UHGV virus genome: UHGV-0109493 | DNA: 30,683 nt | DNA from: a virus | Strand: one strand, 5' to 3' | In this document: piece by piece, positions 1-8,015 of the stretch | How the letters are laid out: each line of letters opens with the position of its first letter | Numbering within the stretch: the stretch's first letter is position 1 | Position numbers and translations under genes: made by a program | The notes under the pieces: model-generated | What the model saw: only the letters and a program-made list of their open reading frames with translations | Told to the model about the DNA's origin: nothing | Databases searched by the model: none

Positions 1-49
1 GTCATAAAAACTATCTCACGTTGGCGGTGCATTACACCGCCAGGCTGGA

Positions 50-883
50 TTATTCTTCTGGATTATCGATTACACTGTATTCCCCGGCTATAACCGATAT
101 GTCGTCTGGATTAATTGTTTCCACCTCTTTTCCATCCATCGATACTGCACGCTGGATTTCAATAGATACCGGCAGATACTTGAACAGTTTTCGTATCACT
201 GTCTTTTTGGCCATGTCTTCAAAGTGTTCATCCCAGATGGACGACGCCCCTTTTGACGCTGCGTTTTTTGCCGCCTTGCTGTGTGTGTCGCGAACTTTTT
301 CTACTTGTTTGCGGGTCATGACTTCAAACTGCACTCCTCCGTCTTTCAGTTTTGCAACAGCATAGACATGGGTTATAGGGGCATCTTCGTTTTCACCGGG
401 ACGATGAACCAGTTTTTCATCAAGGCCAAGTTCATAGCTGAATTCATCACATTCACGGACAACACGAGCTGACAGACTGATGATTTGACCTGATCGACGG
501 GCAAGGTCGATCATGCCGCGATAACCGATGATCAGCTGTACGTTCTTCTTACCGTTTTTTGCTTTTCCGTTGCCGAACGGTAGCAGATATGCATGACCGA
601 GGGCGCTACCTGGCTCAAGTCCGAGCTGTGAACACTGTACGATGGCACCGATAAAACTCGTCGAGTCACAGTTTCTTAGTTCCGGTACTTTACGGATTTC
701 TGTTGTAGCAATGCGGATCATGCGTTCCGCTGTCATGTGACGTGGCAGAGCTGCTGCCAGTTGCGCTTTCATTGCCGGGCTGTTAATCACGCACAGCACA
801 TCCTTATCGTTAACTGCTGCTGGTGCACGGTTTCCCTGAGTTTTTTGCAGATCGGCTTTTGCGATAGGTGGTTGCTTAGTCAT
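50..883 (-). CDS. recT: RecT single-strand annealing recombinase
   Basis: Translation from [25 protein letters not shown] matches my recollection of Rac RecT nearly end to end. AAGGAG lies 8 nt upstream of the ATG at 883; the longer ORF start at 940 is probably not used. Confidence 0.9.
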   Translation of the reverse strand: MTKQPPIAKADLQKTQGNRAPAAVNDKDVLCVINSPAMKAQLAAALPRHMTAERMIRIATTEIRKVPELRNCDSTSFIGAIVQCSQLGLEPGSALGHAYLLPFGNGKAKNGKKNVQLIIGYRGMIDLARRSGQIISLSARVVRECDEFSYELGLDEKLVHRPGENEDAPITHVYAVAKLKDGGVQFEVMTRKQVEKVRDTHSKAAKNAASKGASSIWDEHFEDMAKKTVIRKLFKYLPVSIEIQRAVSMDGKEVETINPDDISVIAGEYSVIDNPEE

Positions 884-3527
884 TTGCATACTCCTTAGCC
901 CAGCGGGGCAGTGATAACGTCTTAATAGCTGGCCATTCATCGGTATTTAGGCAGCCAGCCAGGGTCCGCAGATTGCGGTGATATTCCTGCTGGCCTGCCA
1001 GTTTTGCTTCTTCGCCCATCATGAAAATCTCAACCGGATAACGTCCGCATTCAACAGTTGTGCTGGCAACCAGAAAAACGAAAGTTGGCTGCACACCAAA
1101 CTGTGCTTCATAACCGTCACTGTAGAATGCATCCTGAACGTGATAGCGGTAGTCGTAATAAGCCGTTTTGAATCGTTGAATATCCGCTGTGGTTTTCACG
1201 TCCATGATCCAGTGAAATTCAGGAATAATTTTGTCCGGACGGCACCGACACAAAATTCCTGTTTCCGGATCTTCCCAGTAAATTGATGATTCAGCGTGTC
1301 CGGCGCTTTCAACAAGCCATTGCCCCAGCGGCAAAGCCATAACGCTTTGATACATGAGTTCAATTTTCCGGCCTTCTTCCGCAGTGATAACCGTTTTTCC
1401 TGTGCTTGCGCATTCCATCAGAAACGCTTTCTCTTCTTCTTTTCCGGCGTTTGTACGGCGGTTAAATTCAGGTGCTACGATAAAGCGGTTACTGAATTCT
1501 TCCGGTTCAAGTACCCGGCAGTGGAAAGCGGTTCCTAAATCGAGCGTTTTTGTCTTTGTAGTGTCCACGGGGGCATTTTTACGCCACAAATACAGTGCCG
1601 GAGTATCAGCAATGTCATCGAGCTGAGACTTACTGACACCGGGACCCGCGTGGTAATTCTCATTCGAAATTCCGTAATAAATACCTGGCTCTATGTCTTC
1701 TACGATTACGGGATCTGCGACTTCGCCAGTTTCATCACTGCAATCGCGATGCGGATCGCTGCCAGCATTCTCATTGTGCGGATGTTCAGCGCCTTCCATT
1801 TCCTCCGGATCTTTTTCCTTAGCTTCAACCTGATTCTCTTCACCGAATGTTTCCTGGTATGTTGCGTCGCCCATCACCGCACCACAGTCAGGGCAGTTAT
1901 CCCCGCCAGTCTGACCGCAGGCATTGCAGACTATTTCCGGTTCCTGTTGCACTACTGGCTCAGGTTGTTTCGCATCCGGGCTGATTTTTTCCGTTTCTGG
2001 CTGGTTCTGGTACACAGAATCGCGAGTCTGGAGCCCCTTAACCCATTTCGGATCGTTCGGGTCGCTAATTCCGTCAACAAATTCACCACGTGATACAGCA
2101 AGCAATTTATCGGCATCGACAGGATTTTTTGATGGAATGTTTTTCCGGGCTTCATGGAGTTCTGCCCGCAGTTCCTGATATTTCGCATCAACAGAATTTA
2201 CCTGTGACTGAGCATCCAGCGGCTGCGTGTTCTGATGATGTTCAGTTGCATTCGGTTCCACTGTTTCAGCCGTTGCCTGTTCATCTGCCATTGCGCCAGA
2301 TGGTTGTGGTTTTTCTTCATCGTCCTGTTTTCCTTCTTCTGTTACTCGCTGCGGCATCGGGGCCGAGGAGCGACCGCAGGCAATATCCACGATTTCCGGA
2401 TCAGGGTTGGCATGATCGATTTCAGTCAGTACTTTGTTCAGATATTCAGTGACGTGTGCGGGGATGACCTCGATCCCAATTGGTGCTTCTTTCACGGACG
2501 CAACCACGATGGCGCGGGAATAATCCAGCCCGCCAGGCATGGTGATGAATTTGTCGCGGAAAACAGAAAAGGGTGGTTTATTTTCAGCGATAATTTCCTC
2601 AATGCGTTTAGCGTGTGCCGGATGAAGGTTATAGATGTCCACGTCCATTGAACGGGCCAGTACGCCAGTGGCTACATCGCGCGCCAGTGACGTCAGATCG
2701 TGGACGAAACCTTCGCCGCGATCGGTGAGGTTCCCGCCGCCAGCATTAGCACCGGAAGCCGTGCGAGTGATGCGTGAAACACGATTCCCTTTTCGCCATT
2801 CTTTTGTCAGAAGACCGCGATCTATGTGTTCGGTATCCAGCCAGGCTGAAATGAAATTCTTAAATTCATAGGGCTGATGTTTTTTCGTGATAGAGAACAC
2901 TGCCTTAATTGCATCAGTCAGGCGGAGCAGGGCGGCATTATCCAGAGTTGTCGGTTCTGCCATGCTGCGTATGGCCAACAGCAGATTCTGGACATAGCTG
3001 TTTTCCTGATCCATCTCAAGAGCAGTAATGTGTTTGCGTTGTTCACGGGTGGCATGATGCAGGTATTTTCGATCCCCGGCTGCATACGTAAAAATGTGCA
3101 GAAGACGCTGTGTGAACCGCAAAGTGGCTACAGAGACTTCGCAATCCTGGCAATCCTCGTGGGCGTCTGCCTGCGCGTTTTCTTCCTGGCCTCCCGTCGG
3201 TTCTTCGGTTTCCGGTGCATCCTCCTGATGGTGAACGTCGTCTGGCGCTGCTCCCGGTTTTAGTTCCCAGGTCATGGAGTCTTTGCTGAGTTGATAGCGT
3301 TCACTCCAGGTAAAATCGATCTCACCTTCAGGGGGAAGGTGATTAACGACAGGAAAATTAGTGGCAACAGCTTTAAAATAGCTGCTCAGTTTTTTACCTG
3401 ATTTAACGATCAGGTAGTCCAGAGTGGCGCAGGTCGATTCAAAATCGTCGCTTGCCCACAGGACGACGTCAGGTTCACCGGATGATTTTTTCGCTTTCCG
3501 TAACAGGAAGAGTGGTTTCGCGCTCAT
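876..3527 (-). CDS. recE: RecE exonuclease VIII
   Basis: 883-aa ORF starting [26 protein letters not shown] and ending [13 protein letters not shown], matching recalled RecE N- and C-terminal regions. Its stop overlaps the recT start, as in Rac. Confidence 0.9.
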   Translation of the reverse strand: MSAKPLFLLRKAKKSSGEPDVVLWASDDFESTCATLDYLIVKSGKKLSSYFKAVATNFPVVNHLPPEGEIDFTWSERYQLSKDSMTWELKPGAAPDDVHHQEDAPETEEPTGGQEENAQADAHEDCQDCEVSVATLRFTQRLLHIFTYAAGDRKYLHHATREQRKHITALEMDQENSYVQNLLLAIRSMAEPTTLDNAALLRLTDAIKAVFSITKKHQPYEFKNFISAWLDTEHIDRGLLTKEWRKGNRVSRITRTASGANAGGGNLTDRGEGFVHDLTSLARDVATGVLARSMDVDIYNLHPAHAKRIEEIIAENKPPFSVFRDKFITMPGGLDYSRAIVVASVKEAPIGIEVIPAHVTEYLNKVLTEIDHANPDPEIVDIACGRSSAPMPQRVTEEGKQDDEEKPQPSGAMADEQATAETVEPNATEHHQNTQPLDAQSQVNSVDAKYQELRAELHEARKNIPSKNPVDADKLLAVSRGEFVDGISDPNDPKWVKGLQTRDSVYQNQPETEKISPDAKQPEPVVQQEPEIVCNACGQTGGDNCPDCGAVMGDATYQETFGEENQVEAKEKDPEEMEGAEHPHNENAGSDPHRDCSDETGEVADPVIVEDIEPGIYYGISNENYHAGPGVSKSQLDDIADTPALYLWRKNAPVDTTKTKTLDLGTAFHCRVLEPEEFSNRFIVAPEFNRRTNAGKEEEKAFLMECASTGKTVITAEEGRKIELMYQSVMALPLGQWLVESAGHAESSIYWEDPETGILCRCRPDKIIPEFHWIMDVKTTADIQRFKTAYYDYRYHVQDAFYSDGYEAQFGVQPTFVFLVASTTVECGRYPVEIFMMGEEAKLAGQQEYHRNLRTLAGCLNTDEWPAIKTLSLPRWAKEYAND

Positions 3528-3628
3528 TGTTTTTTAACCTCAACTCAGATTAAAATTCGTTTTGTTCAGTGAATGATCTTGCCGGATACACACTGTTCAT
3601 AGCCTGCGCCATACGCAGGCTATTTCTT

Positions 3629-3904
3629 TCAGATTTCACCTTTTAATTTCATTGCAATCAGCGTTGCCAGAAATGCGGCTTTTTTTTCTGCGGGCAGATT
3701 CTTACCAATGTGCACCAGACTCATTTTTTTGACACCTTCGTTAAGTGTTTTAACGTTGCCTGATGGACCATCGATATCAACCACAGTGAATGGGGTTTCT
3801 TTATTTTGTGTTTTAATCACGTGGCCAATGCGTTTTCCTTCCAGATAAACCTCGTGAACAATGTTATCAGTAGTAACAACAGTGGATTCATAATTGGCAA
3901 TCAT
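3629..3904 (-). CDS. racC: RacC-like protein
   Basis: Translation MIANYESTVVTTDNIVHEVYLEGKRIGHVIKTQ resembles recalled Rac RacC. AGGAG lies 7 nt upstream of the ATG at 3904; the ORF track start at 3952 gives a 16-aa extension. Confidence 0.7.
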   Translation of the reverse strand: MIANYESTVVTTDNIVHEVYLEGKRIGHVIKTQNKETPFTVVDIDGPSGNVKTLNEGVKKMSLVHIGKNLPAEKKAAFLATLIAMKLKGEI

Positions 3905-3978
3905 GTTTTTCTCCTTAATTAAGGTTGAGCGAATCCCTGCCATTGTTGGCATAAATTCAGTTTCGAGTAGTCAGTTAA

Positions 3979-4149
3979 TTAAAGTTCGTGTGCCATCTGG
4001 TGTTTTTCGGCGCAACTTTCACTACAATATTTTTTCATTTCCGTCGTTGGGATAACTCCACGCATGAAATGAAGTGGTATTTTAATACTTTTGCTTTCTT
4101 GAATTTCTTTATTGCAAAGGTGGTAAGCACATTTGATTTTCTTAGCCAT
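3979..4149 (-). CDS. ydaE: YdaE-like small Cys-rich (probable zinc-binding) protein
   Basis: Hand-translated 56-aa [58 protein letters not shown], below the 60-aa track cut-off. Start overlaps the kilR stop; position between racC and kilR as in Rac. Confidence 0.6.
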   Translation of the reverse strand: MAKKIKCAYHLCNKEIQESKSIKIPLHFMRGVIPTTEMKKYCSESCAEKHQMAHEL

Positions 4150-4370
4150 CACCATGATTCCGCTTTTACAGGTAAACCATCACGACCGAGGAAGACTTTA
4201 ATCATGCAGTCAGAAATGCATGTTTTTGTAGTCAGGCTACGAATATAAAGTTTTCGCTTTTTAATATTGTTTGCCGAGGCGATATATGTCCGACCTTCAT
4301 GAAGAACATAATCGCCAGGGGTTACACACTGACGTGGTATTTCATCAGTTCCGAAGTGATGAGCAATCAT
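4149..4370 (-). CDS. kilR: KilR-like cell-division inhibitor
   Basis: 73-aa product [35 protein letters not shown] matches recalled Rac KilR. GGAGA lies 5 nt upstream of the ATG at 4370. Confidence 0.8.
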   Translation of the reverse strand: MIAHHFGTDEIPRQCVTPGDYVLHEGRTYIASANNIKKRKLYIRSLTTKTCISDCMIKVFLGRDGLPVKAESW

Positions 4371-4809
4371 AATCATCTCCATTTTTTCAAATGAACTTTG
4401 TTGATGCGGTGCCTGGTGCCTCCAGGTGACGTTAACCAGTTAACAATTAACACCGGATACAAATACCCCCCCAAACTAATATAGAGTTTTTTAACTGTTC
4501 CGCGTGCGCTTAGCCGCATTCACCGCATCACAAAATTCACTTTAAAAAGGGCGGACATCAGTCGAACTTCAAGAAAAAACCGATGCCGCCAAAGACTACA
4601 CACAGCAATGTCGTTATTCACAACCGGAGGCGCACTCCCACCATTTATATTTAACAGACAAGACCGACTCTTTATTGATACCGGAAATGCGCCTTCGTGT
4701 TGTGCCCGGTTTTATTTCACCACCTCCGGGCTTCGGTGGTCTCGGCTATACCCCTACAGCGAGAGCTTGTGTTAACATTTCAATACCCTTACAGTCGAGA
4801 GTTATTGAA

Positions 4810-5298
4810 ATGTTGGATGTATTTACTCCATTGTTGAAACTTTTTGCTAACGAGCCACTCGAAAGACTTATGTACACGATTATCATTTTTGGCCTCACTC
4901 TCTGGCTGATACCGAAAGAGTTTGCTGTCGTATTTAATGCTTATACTGAAATACCCTGGCTCTTTCAGATTATAGTTTTTGCCTTTTCTTTCGTGGTTGC
5001 CATTTCCGTCTCAAGATTGCGAGCACATATTCAAAAACATTATTCATTGCTACCAGAGCAACGAGTATTGCTTCGTTTATCTGAGAAAGAAATCGCTGTA
5101 TTTAAAGATTTCCTTAAAACAGGAAATCTTATTATCACTTCTCCTTGCCGTAACCCGGTTATGAAAAAATTAGAACGGAAGGGCATCATTCAACATCAGA
5201 GTGATGGCGCAAACTGTTCTTATTATCTCGTCACCGAAAAATACTCCCACTTTATGAAGTTATTCTGGAACAGTAGGAGCAGACGTTTTAATCGTTAG
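4810..5298 (+). CDS. sieB: SieB superinfection exclusion protein
   Basis: 162-aa product from MLDVFTPLLKLFANEPLERLMYTIIIFGLTLWLIPKEF with hydrophobic membrane segments, matching recalled SieB. The ORF track start at 4675 is a TTG extension that I discount. Confidence 0.8.
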   Translation: MLDVFTPLLKLFANEPLERLMYTIIIFGLTLWLIPKEFAVVFNAYTEIPWLFQIIVFAFSFVVAISVSRLRAHIQKHYSLLPEQRVLLRLSEKEIAVFKDFLKTGNLIITSPCRNPVMKKLERKGIIQHQSDGANCSYYLVTEKYSHFMKLFWNSRSRRFNR

Positions 5299-5450
5299 CT
5301 TACTGTGTACTTCTCCAACCAGCGACGCGCGCCAACTTCGGTTTTAAACGTTTTGCTTTTGGTATACGTCATGGCGGTGAACGTTCCATCCTGGTTGGGG
5401 AACACGCCACACACCAGGGATTCGTTGTTGCTAAGATCGATAGTATCCAT
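5295..5450 (-). CDS. ydaF: YdaF-like small protein
   Basis: 51-aa product MDTIDLSNNESLVCGVFPNQDGTFTAMTYTKSKTFKTEVGARRWLEKYTVS. GAGG lies 5 nt upstream of the ATG at 5450; convergent with sieB. Confidence 0.6.
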   Translation of the reverse strand: MDTIDLSNNESLVCGVFPNQDGTFTAMTYTKSKTFKTEVGARRWLEKYTVS

Positions 5451-5581
5451 GTTGACCTCATTTTCCCTTAACGCTGGGGGAATTGGCTTCATAGTTGCTC
5501 CGTATCGTGGAGCCTACGACCTGCTTTTAACCACATCAGGTGAGGTGATATCCTTACAAATGGTAATTTGCTGTAAGGATA

Positions 5582-5860
5582 TTAATTATGGATATTAAAT
5601 TTCGCTGTCCTCATTGCCGATCTCGCTACATTGAGATCGACGAGCACTCTGGCTCTGACAATGATCGTTTTATCTGCGGTGATTGTTTTGCGGAAATCAA
5701 AGATTCTGATTTCAGTGAACACTTTAATAAAACAATCAATAAAATCATCCGGACAGTTAAAAACCGCAGGAACAAGTAGTTTGTATAACTTCTCAATCTG
5801 ATGTCTCAGGGGGCTGGTATCTATTTTTAACACCAGTCCCTGCTTTTCATCTGCGATCAT
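5582..5860 (-). CDS. Hypothetical protein, candidate first gene of the leftward early operon
   Basis: 92-aa ORF MIADEKQGLVLKIDTSPLRHQIEKLYKLL with GGGGA upstream of the ATG. Orientation fits leftward early transcription from beside the repressor gene, but it overlaps a plus-strand ORF almost completely. Confidence 0.4.
   Translation of the reverse strand: MIADEKQGLVLKIDTSPLRHQIEKLYKLLVPAVFNCPDDFIDCFIKVFTEIRIFDFRKTITADKTIIVRARVLVDLNVARSAMRTAKFNIHN
5588..5779 (+). CDS. Hypothetical zinc-ribbon protein antisense to the 5582..5860 ORF
   Basis: 63-aa ORF MDIKFRCPHCRSRYIEIDEHSGSDNDRFICGDCFAEIKD with two CxxC pairs about 20 residues apart. AAGGA lies 7 nt upstream of the ATG. Only one of the two overlapping ORFs is likely real. 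Confidence 0.35.
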   Translation: MDIKFRCPHCRSRYIEIDEHSGSDNDRFICGDCFAEIKDSDFSEHFNKTINKIIRTVKNRRNK

Positions 5861-5960
5861 CTTCGTATCCCCTTAACGCCGGGTGGCGGAACTGTTTGCT
5901 GAGAACACCGTGCGGTGTTTTGGTGTGGTTAATTTAGAATAACCTAACAAGACAGGCAAG

Positions 5961-5992
5961 CACTTTTTGTTAGATCAACCTAACAAAAAGTG
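5961..5992. terminator. Perfect 13-bp inverted repeat, candidate bidirectional terminator or operator
   Basis: cactttttgttag atcaac ctaacaaaaagtg sits about 30 bp downstream of the minus-strand repressor gene and between convergent transcription units. It contains a TTAG-N6-CTAA core. Confidence 0.45.
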
Positions 5993-6021
5993 TGTTGGGA
6001 TATAACAGACTGAAAAGAAAG

Positions 6022-6429
6022 CTATTTTATAGATTTGTTTTTACGAGCTTTGAGCATTTCTTCGAAAAGTCTATTGAAATTCTCAACTCTAGCGCGCATT
6101 TCAGACAGCAATGCTTCCTGCTCGGAGGATGGTAGAGCATCGAATAATTCAATCAATTCTTTGTGGCTGGGAGTTAGCTCGTTTTCCACATGAAGCTCTT
6201 GTGCTGGCAATGGTGTTTTGTCTTCGTCACCAAACATTAGCCACGTAGGTGAGCACTTCAGAGCATCCGCTAAAGCAAACAGTCGCTTCCCTACAGGTTG
6301 GGTTTCATCTCTTTCCCATTGAGAAATGGTGACGTGAGCAACCCCAGCGAGACGTGCGACTTCTCGTTGTGTCAGGCGTAATTCTTTTCGTCTTGCCAGA
6401 GCTCGCTGGCCTAGTGTTTTTGTATCCAT
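6022..6429 (-). CDS. dicA: DicA-like HTH (XRE-family) prophage repressor
   Basis: 135-aa product with helix-turn-helix LTQREVARLAGVAHVTISQWERDETQP and C-terminal MRARVENFNRLFEEMLKAR, closely resembling recalled Qin DicA. Divergent from a Cro-like gene. Confidence 0.85.
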   Translation of the reverse strand: MDTKTLGQRALARRKELRLTQREVARLAGVAHVTISQWERDETQPVGKRLFALADALKCSPTWLMFGDEDKTPLPAQELHVENELTPSHKELIELFDALPSSEQEALLSEMRARVENFNRLFEEMLKARKNKSIK

Positions 6430-6508
6430 AGTTAGGTAATTCTAATTTTTCTTGACTTAGGTATCCCGCGCACATTAGTGTTAGGAATATCTAACAAAGG
6501 GGGCTTTG
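6430..6508. promoter_or_regulatory. Divergent promoter and operator region of the immunity switch
   Basis: 79-bp AT-rich gap between divergent dicA-like and dicC-like genes. Holds two TTAG-N6-CTAA sites (6432-6445, 6481-6494) and a TTGACT -35-like hexamer at 6452-6457. Confidence 0.5.
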
Positions 6509-6736
6509 ATGTTTAAAGTTGATGCAATTATTTTTTTTGGTAGCAAGACAAAGCTTGCCAGTGCCGCAGGAGTAAGGCTGGCAAGTATTGCTGCATGGGG
6601 GGAGCTGGTCCCAGAAGGTCGCGCGATGCGTCTGCAAGAGGCATCTGGCGGAGAGCTTCAGTACGATCCCAAGGTTTATGACGAATATCGTAAGGCAAAG
6701 CGGGCGGGTAAGGGTATTCATGAAAATCAGGCATGA
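6509..6736 (+). CDS. dicC: DicC-like Cro-type regulator
   Basis: 75-aa product MFKVDAIIFFGSKTKLASAAGVRLASIAAWGELVPEGRAMRLQEASGGELQYDPKVYDEY resembling recalled DicC. AAAGGGGG precedes the ATG at 6509. Confidence 0.8.
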   Translation: MFKVDAIIFFGSKTKLASAAGVRLASIAAWGELVPEGRAMRLQEASGGELQYDPKVYDEYRKAKRAGKGIHENQA

Positions 6737-7142
6737 GCACATTGAATCAGTGTTGTTAGCTCTGGCTGCCGAAAAAGGTCAGGCGTGGGTTGCCAACGCA
6801 ATTACTGAAGAATATTTGCGCCAGGGGGAGAGTGAATTAGCCCTGGCGCCAGGCAAGGACTGGAACAATCAGCAAAACATCTATCACCGCTGGTTAAAAG
6901 GTGAAACAAAGGCGCAAAGGGAAAAAATCCAGAAGTTGATTCCTGCAATCCTGGCAATTCTTCCGCGCGAACTGCGACACCGCCTCAGCGTTTTTGACAC
7001 CCTGGAACGTCGCGCATTACTGGCGGCTCAGGAAGCGCTGAATACGGCAATTGATGCGCATGATGATGCAGTCCAGGCCGTTTACCGGAAAGCGCATTTC
7101 AGCCGCGGCGGATCATCCGGCGATTCTGTCGTAGTGCATTGA
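6720..7142 (+). CDS. ydaT: YdaT-like protein (Rac-type, toxin-like in reports)
   Basis: 140-aa product MKIRHEHIESVLLALAAEKGQAWVANAITEEYLRQGE matches recalled Rac YdaT. Its ATG at 6720 overlaps the end of the dicC-like gene. Confidence 0.8.
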   Translation: MKIRHEHIESVLLALAAEKGQAWVANAITEEYLRQGESELALAPGKDWNNQQNIYHRWLKGETKAQREKIQKLIPAILAILPRELRHRLSVFDTLERRALLAAQEALNTAIDAHDDAVQAVYRKAHFSRGGSSGDSVVVH

Positions 7143-7187
7143 TTGAAATTAATCGTGCCGGAGCGTTTTGTTCGGTATCAGTTAAAT

Positions 7188-7206
7188 GTAACGCTGCGAG
7201 CGTTAC
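7188..7206. repeat. 19-bp palindrome copy 1 (gtaacgctgcgagcgttac)
   Basis: Read directly from the sequence; consensus GTAACGC-N5-GCGTTAC, just upstream of the ATG at 7221. Confidence 0.8.
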
Positions 7207-7220
7207 AAGGTGAAAACAAT

Positions 7221-8009
7221 ATGGCTTCAAACTGGATAAAGCTCGAAGTTATTACGCCGGATAAACCGGAAATATTCAGGATTGCTGAGATTCTTAATAT
7301 TGATCCAGATGCCGCATTAGGGAAGGTCATTCGATTCTGGGCATGGGCGGATCAACAAATGATTGATGGTAACGCAGAGTGTAACGCTCGAGGCGTTACA
7401 AAAAGTGCAATAGACCGTATCACTTTTATGGCTGGTTTTGCTGATGCGTTAATTCAGGTTGGATGGCTGGTCGAAAGTGATGGAGTGCTTTCACTACCAA
7501 ACTTTGAGCGTCATAACGGAAAAAGCTCGAAAAAACGGGCGGTTACAAACGAGAGAGTTACAAAAATACGCGAACTGAAGCGAAAAGGTAACGCTGCCAG
7601 CGTTACACAAACGGATCAAAAAGCGTTACCAGAGGAAGAGGAAGAGGAAGATATAAATACTGATCTCCCCCTAAATCCCCCTCGGCAAAAACGAGCGTCT
7701 AAAAAATTCGAGCCGGAGGCCATTGCTCTGCCCGACTGGTTGCCAGAAACACTCTGGAATGAGTGGGTCCAGTTCAGGCAGGCATTGCGAAAACCGATTC
7801 GAACGGAGCAGGGCGCTAACGGGGCGATACGGGAACTGGAAAAATTCCGCCAGCAGGGTTTTACCCCTGAGCAGGTGATTCGACACAGCATCGCCAATGA
7901 ATACCAGGGCTTGTTCGCGCCGAAAAGTGTTCGGCCTGAGACGTTGCTCCGACAGGTTAACACCGTCTCGTTGCCGGACAGTGCGATCCCGCCAGGCTTC
8001 AGGGGGTAA
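7221..8009 (+). CDS. ydaU: YdaU-like phage replication protein
   Basis: Product from MASNWIKLEVITPDKPEIFRIAEILNIDPDAALGKVIRFWAWADQQ resembles recalled Rac YdaU; it sits immediately before a DnaC-like loader. An upstream TTG at 7143 is an alternative start, so the N-terminus is uncertain. Confidence 0.7.
   Translation: MASNWIKLEVITPDKPEIFRIAEILNIDPDAALGKVIRFWAWADQQMIDGNAECNARGVTKSAIDRITFMAGFADALIQVGWLVESDGVLSLPNFERHNGKSSKKRAVTNERVTKIRELKRKGNAASVTQTDQKALPEEEEEEDINTDLPLNPPRQKRASKKFEPEAIALPDWLPETLWNEWVQFRQALRKPIRTEQGANGAIRELEKFRQQGFTPEQVIRHSIANEYQGLFAPKSVRPETLLRQVNTVSLPDSAIPPGFRG
7381..7399. repeat. 19-bp palindrome copy 2 (gtaacgctcgaggcgttac)
   Basis: Read directly; lies inside the ydaU-like coding region. 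An extra GTAACGC half-site sits at 7370-7376. Confidence 0.8.
7588..7606. repeat. 19-bp palindrome copy 3 (gtaacgctgccagcgttac)
   Basis: Read directly; inside the ydaU-like coding region. Two gttacaaa direct repeats sit at 7542-7564. Confidence 0.8.
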
Positions 8010-8015
8010 CTGACC

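Noticed and set aside
1-49. Possible start of a ralR/lar-like gene on the minus strand at the left edge
   Set aside because: Only about 49 bp is available; an ATG is present in the reverse complement but the sequence is too short to evaluate.
21-365. Plus-strand ORF of 114 aa at the left edge, and 281..472 (63 aa)
   Set aside because: Both lie entirely antisense within the confidently identified recT gene and have no ribosome-binding site; shadow ORFs.
978-3263. Series of plus-strand ORFs (978..1286, 1296..1538, 1354..1626, 1650..2093, 1924..2178, 2090..2452, 2235..2651, 2635..2871, 2877..3263) and minus-strand 1952..2191
   Set aside because: All fall inside recE on the opposite strand or in alternative frames; their translations are low-complexity and lack start signals.
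4675-4809. Upstream extension of sieB (TTG start at 4675, 207-aa version)
   Set aside because: The extension starts at TTG without a ribosome-binding site; the ATG at 4810 gives the 162-aa protein that matches recalled SieB.
6491-6742. Minus-strand ORFs 6491..6742 and 6528..6740 opposite the dicC-like gene, and the plus ORF start at 6588
   Set aside because: They are antisense to, or alternative-frame extensions of, the dicC-like and ydaT-like genes, which are supported by family similarity.
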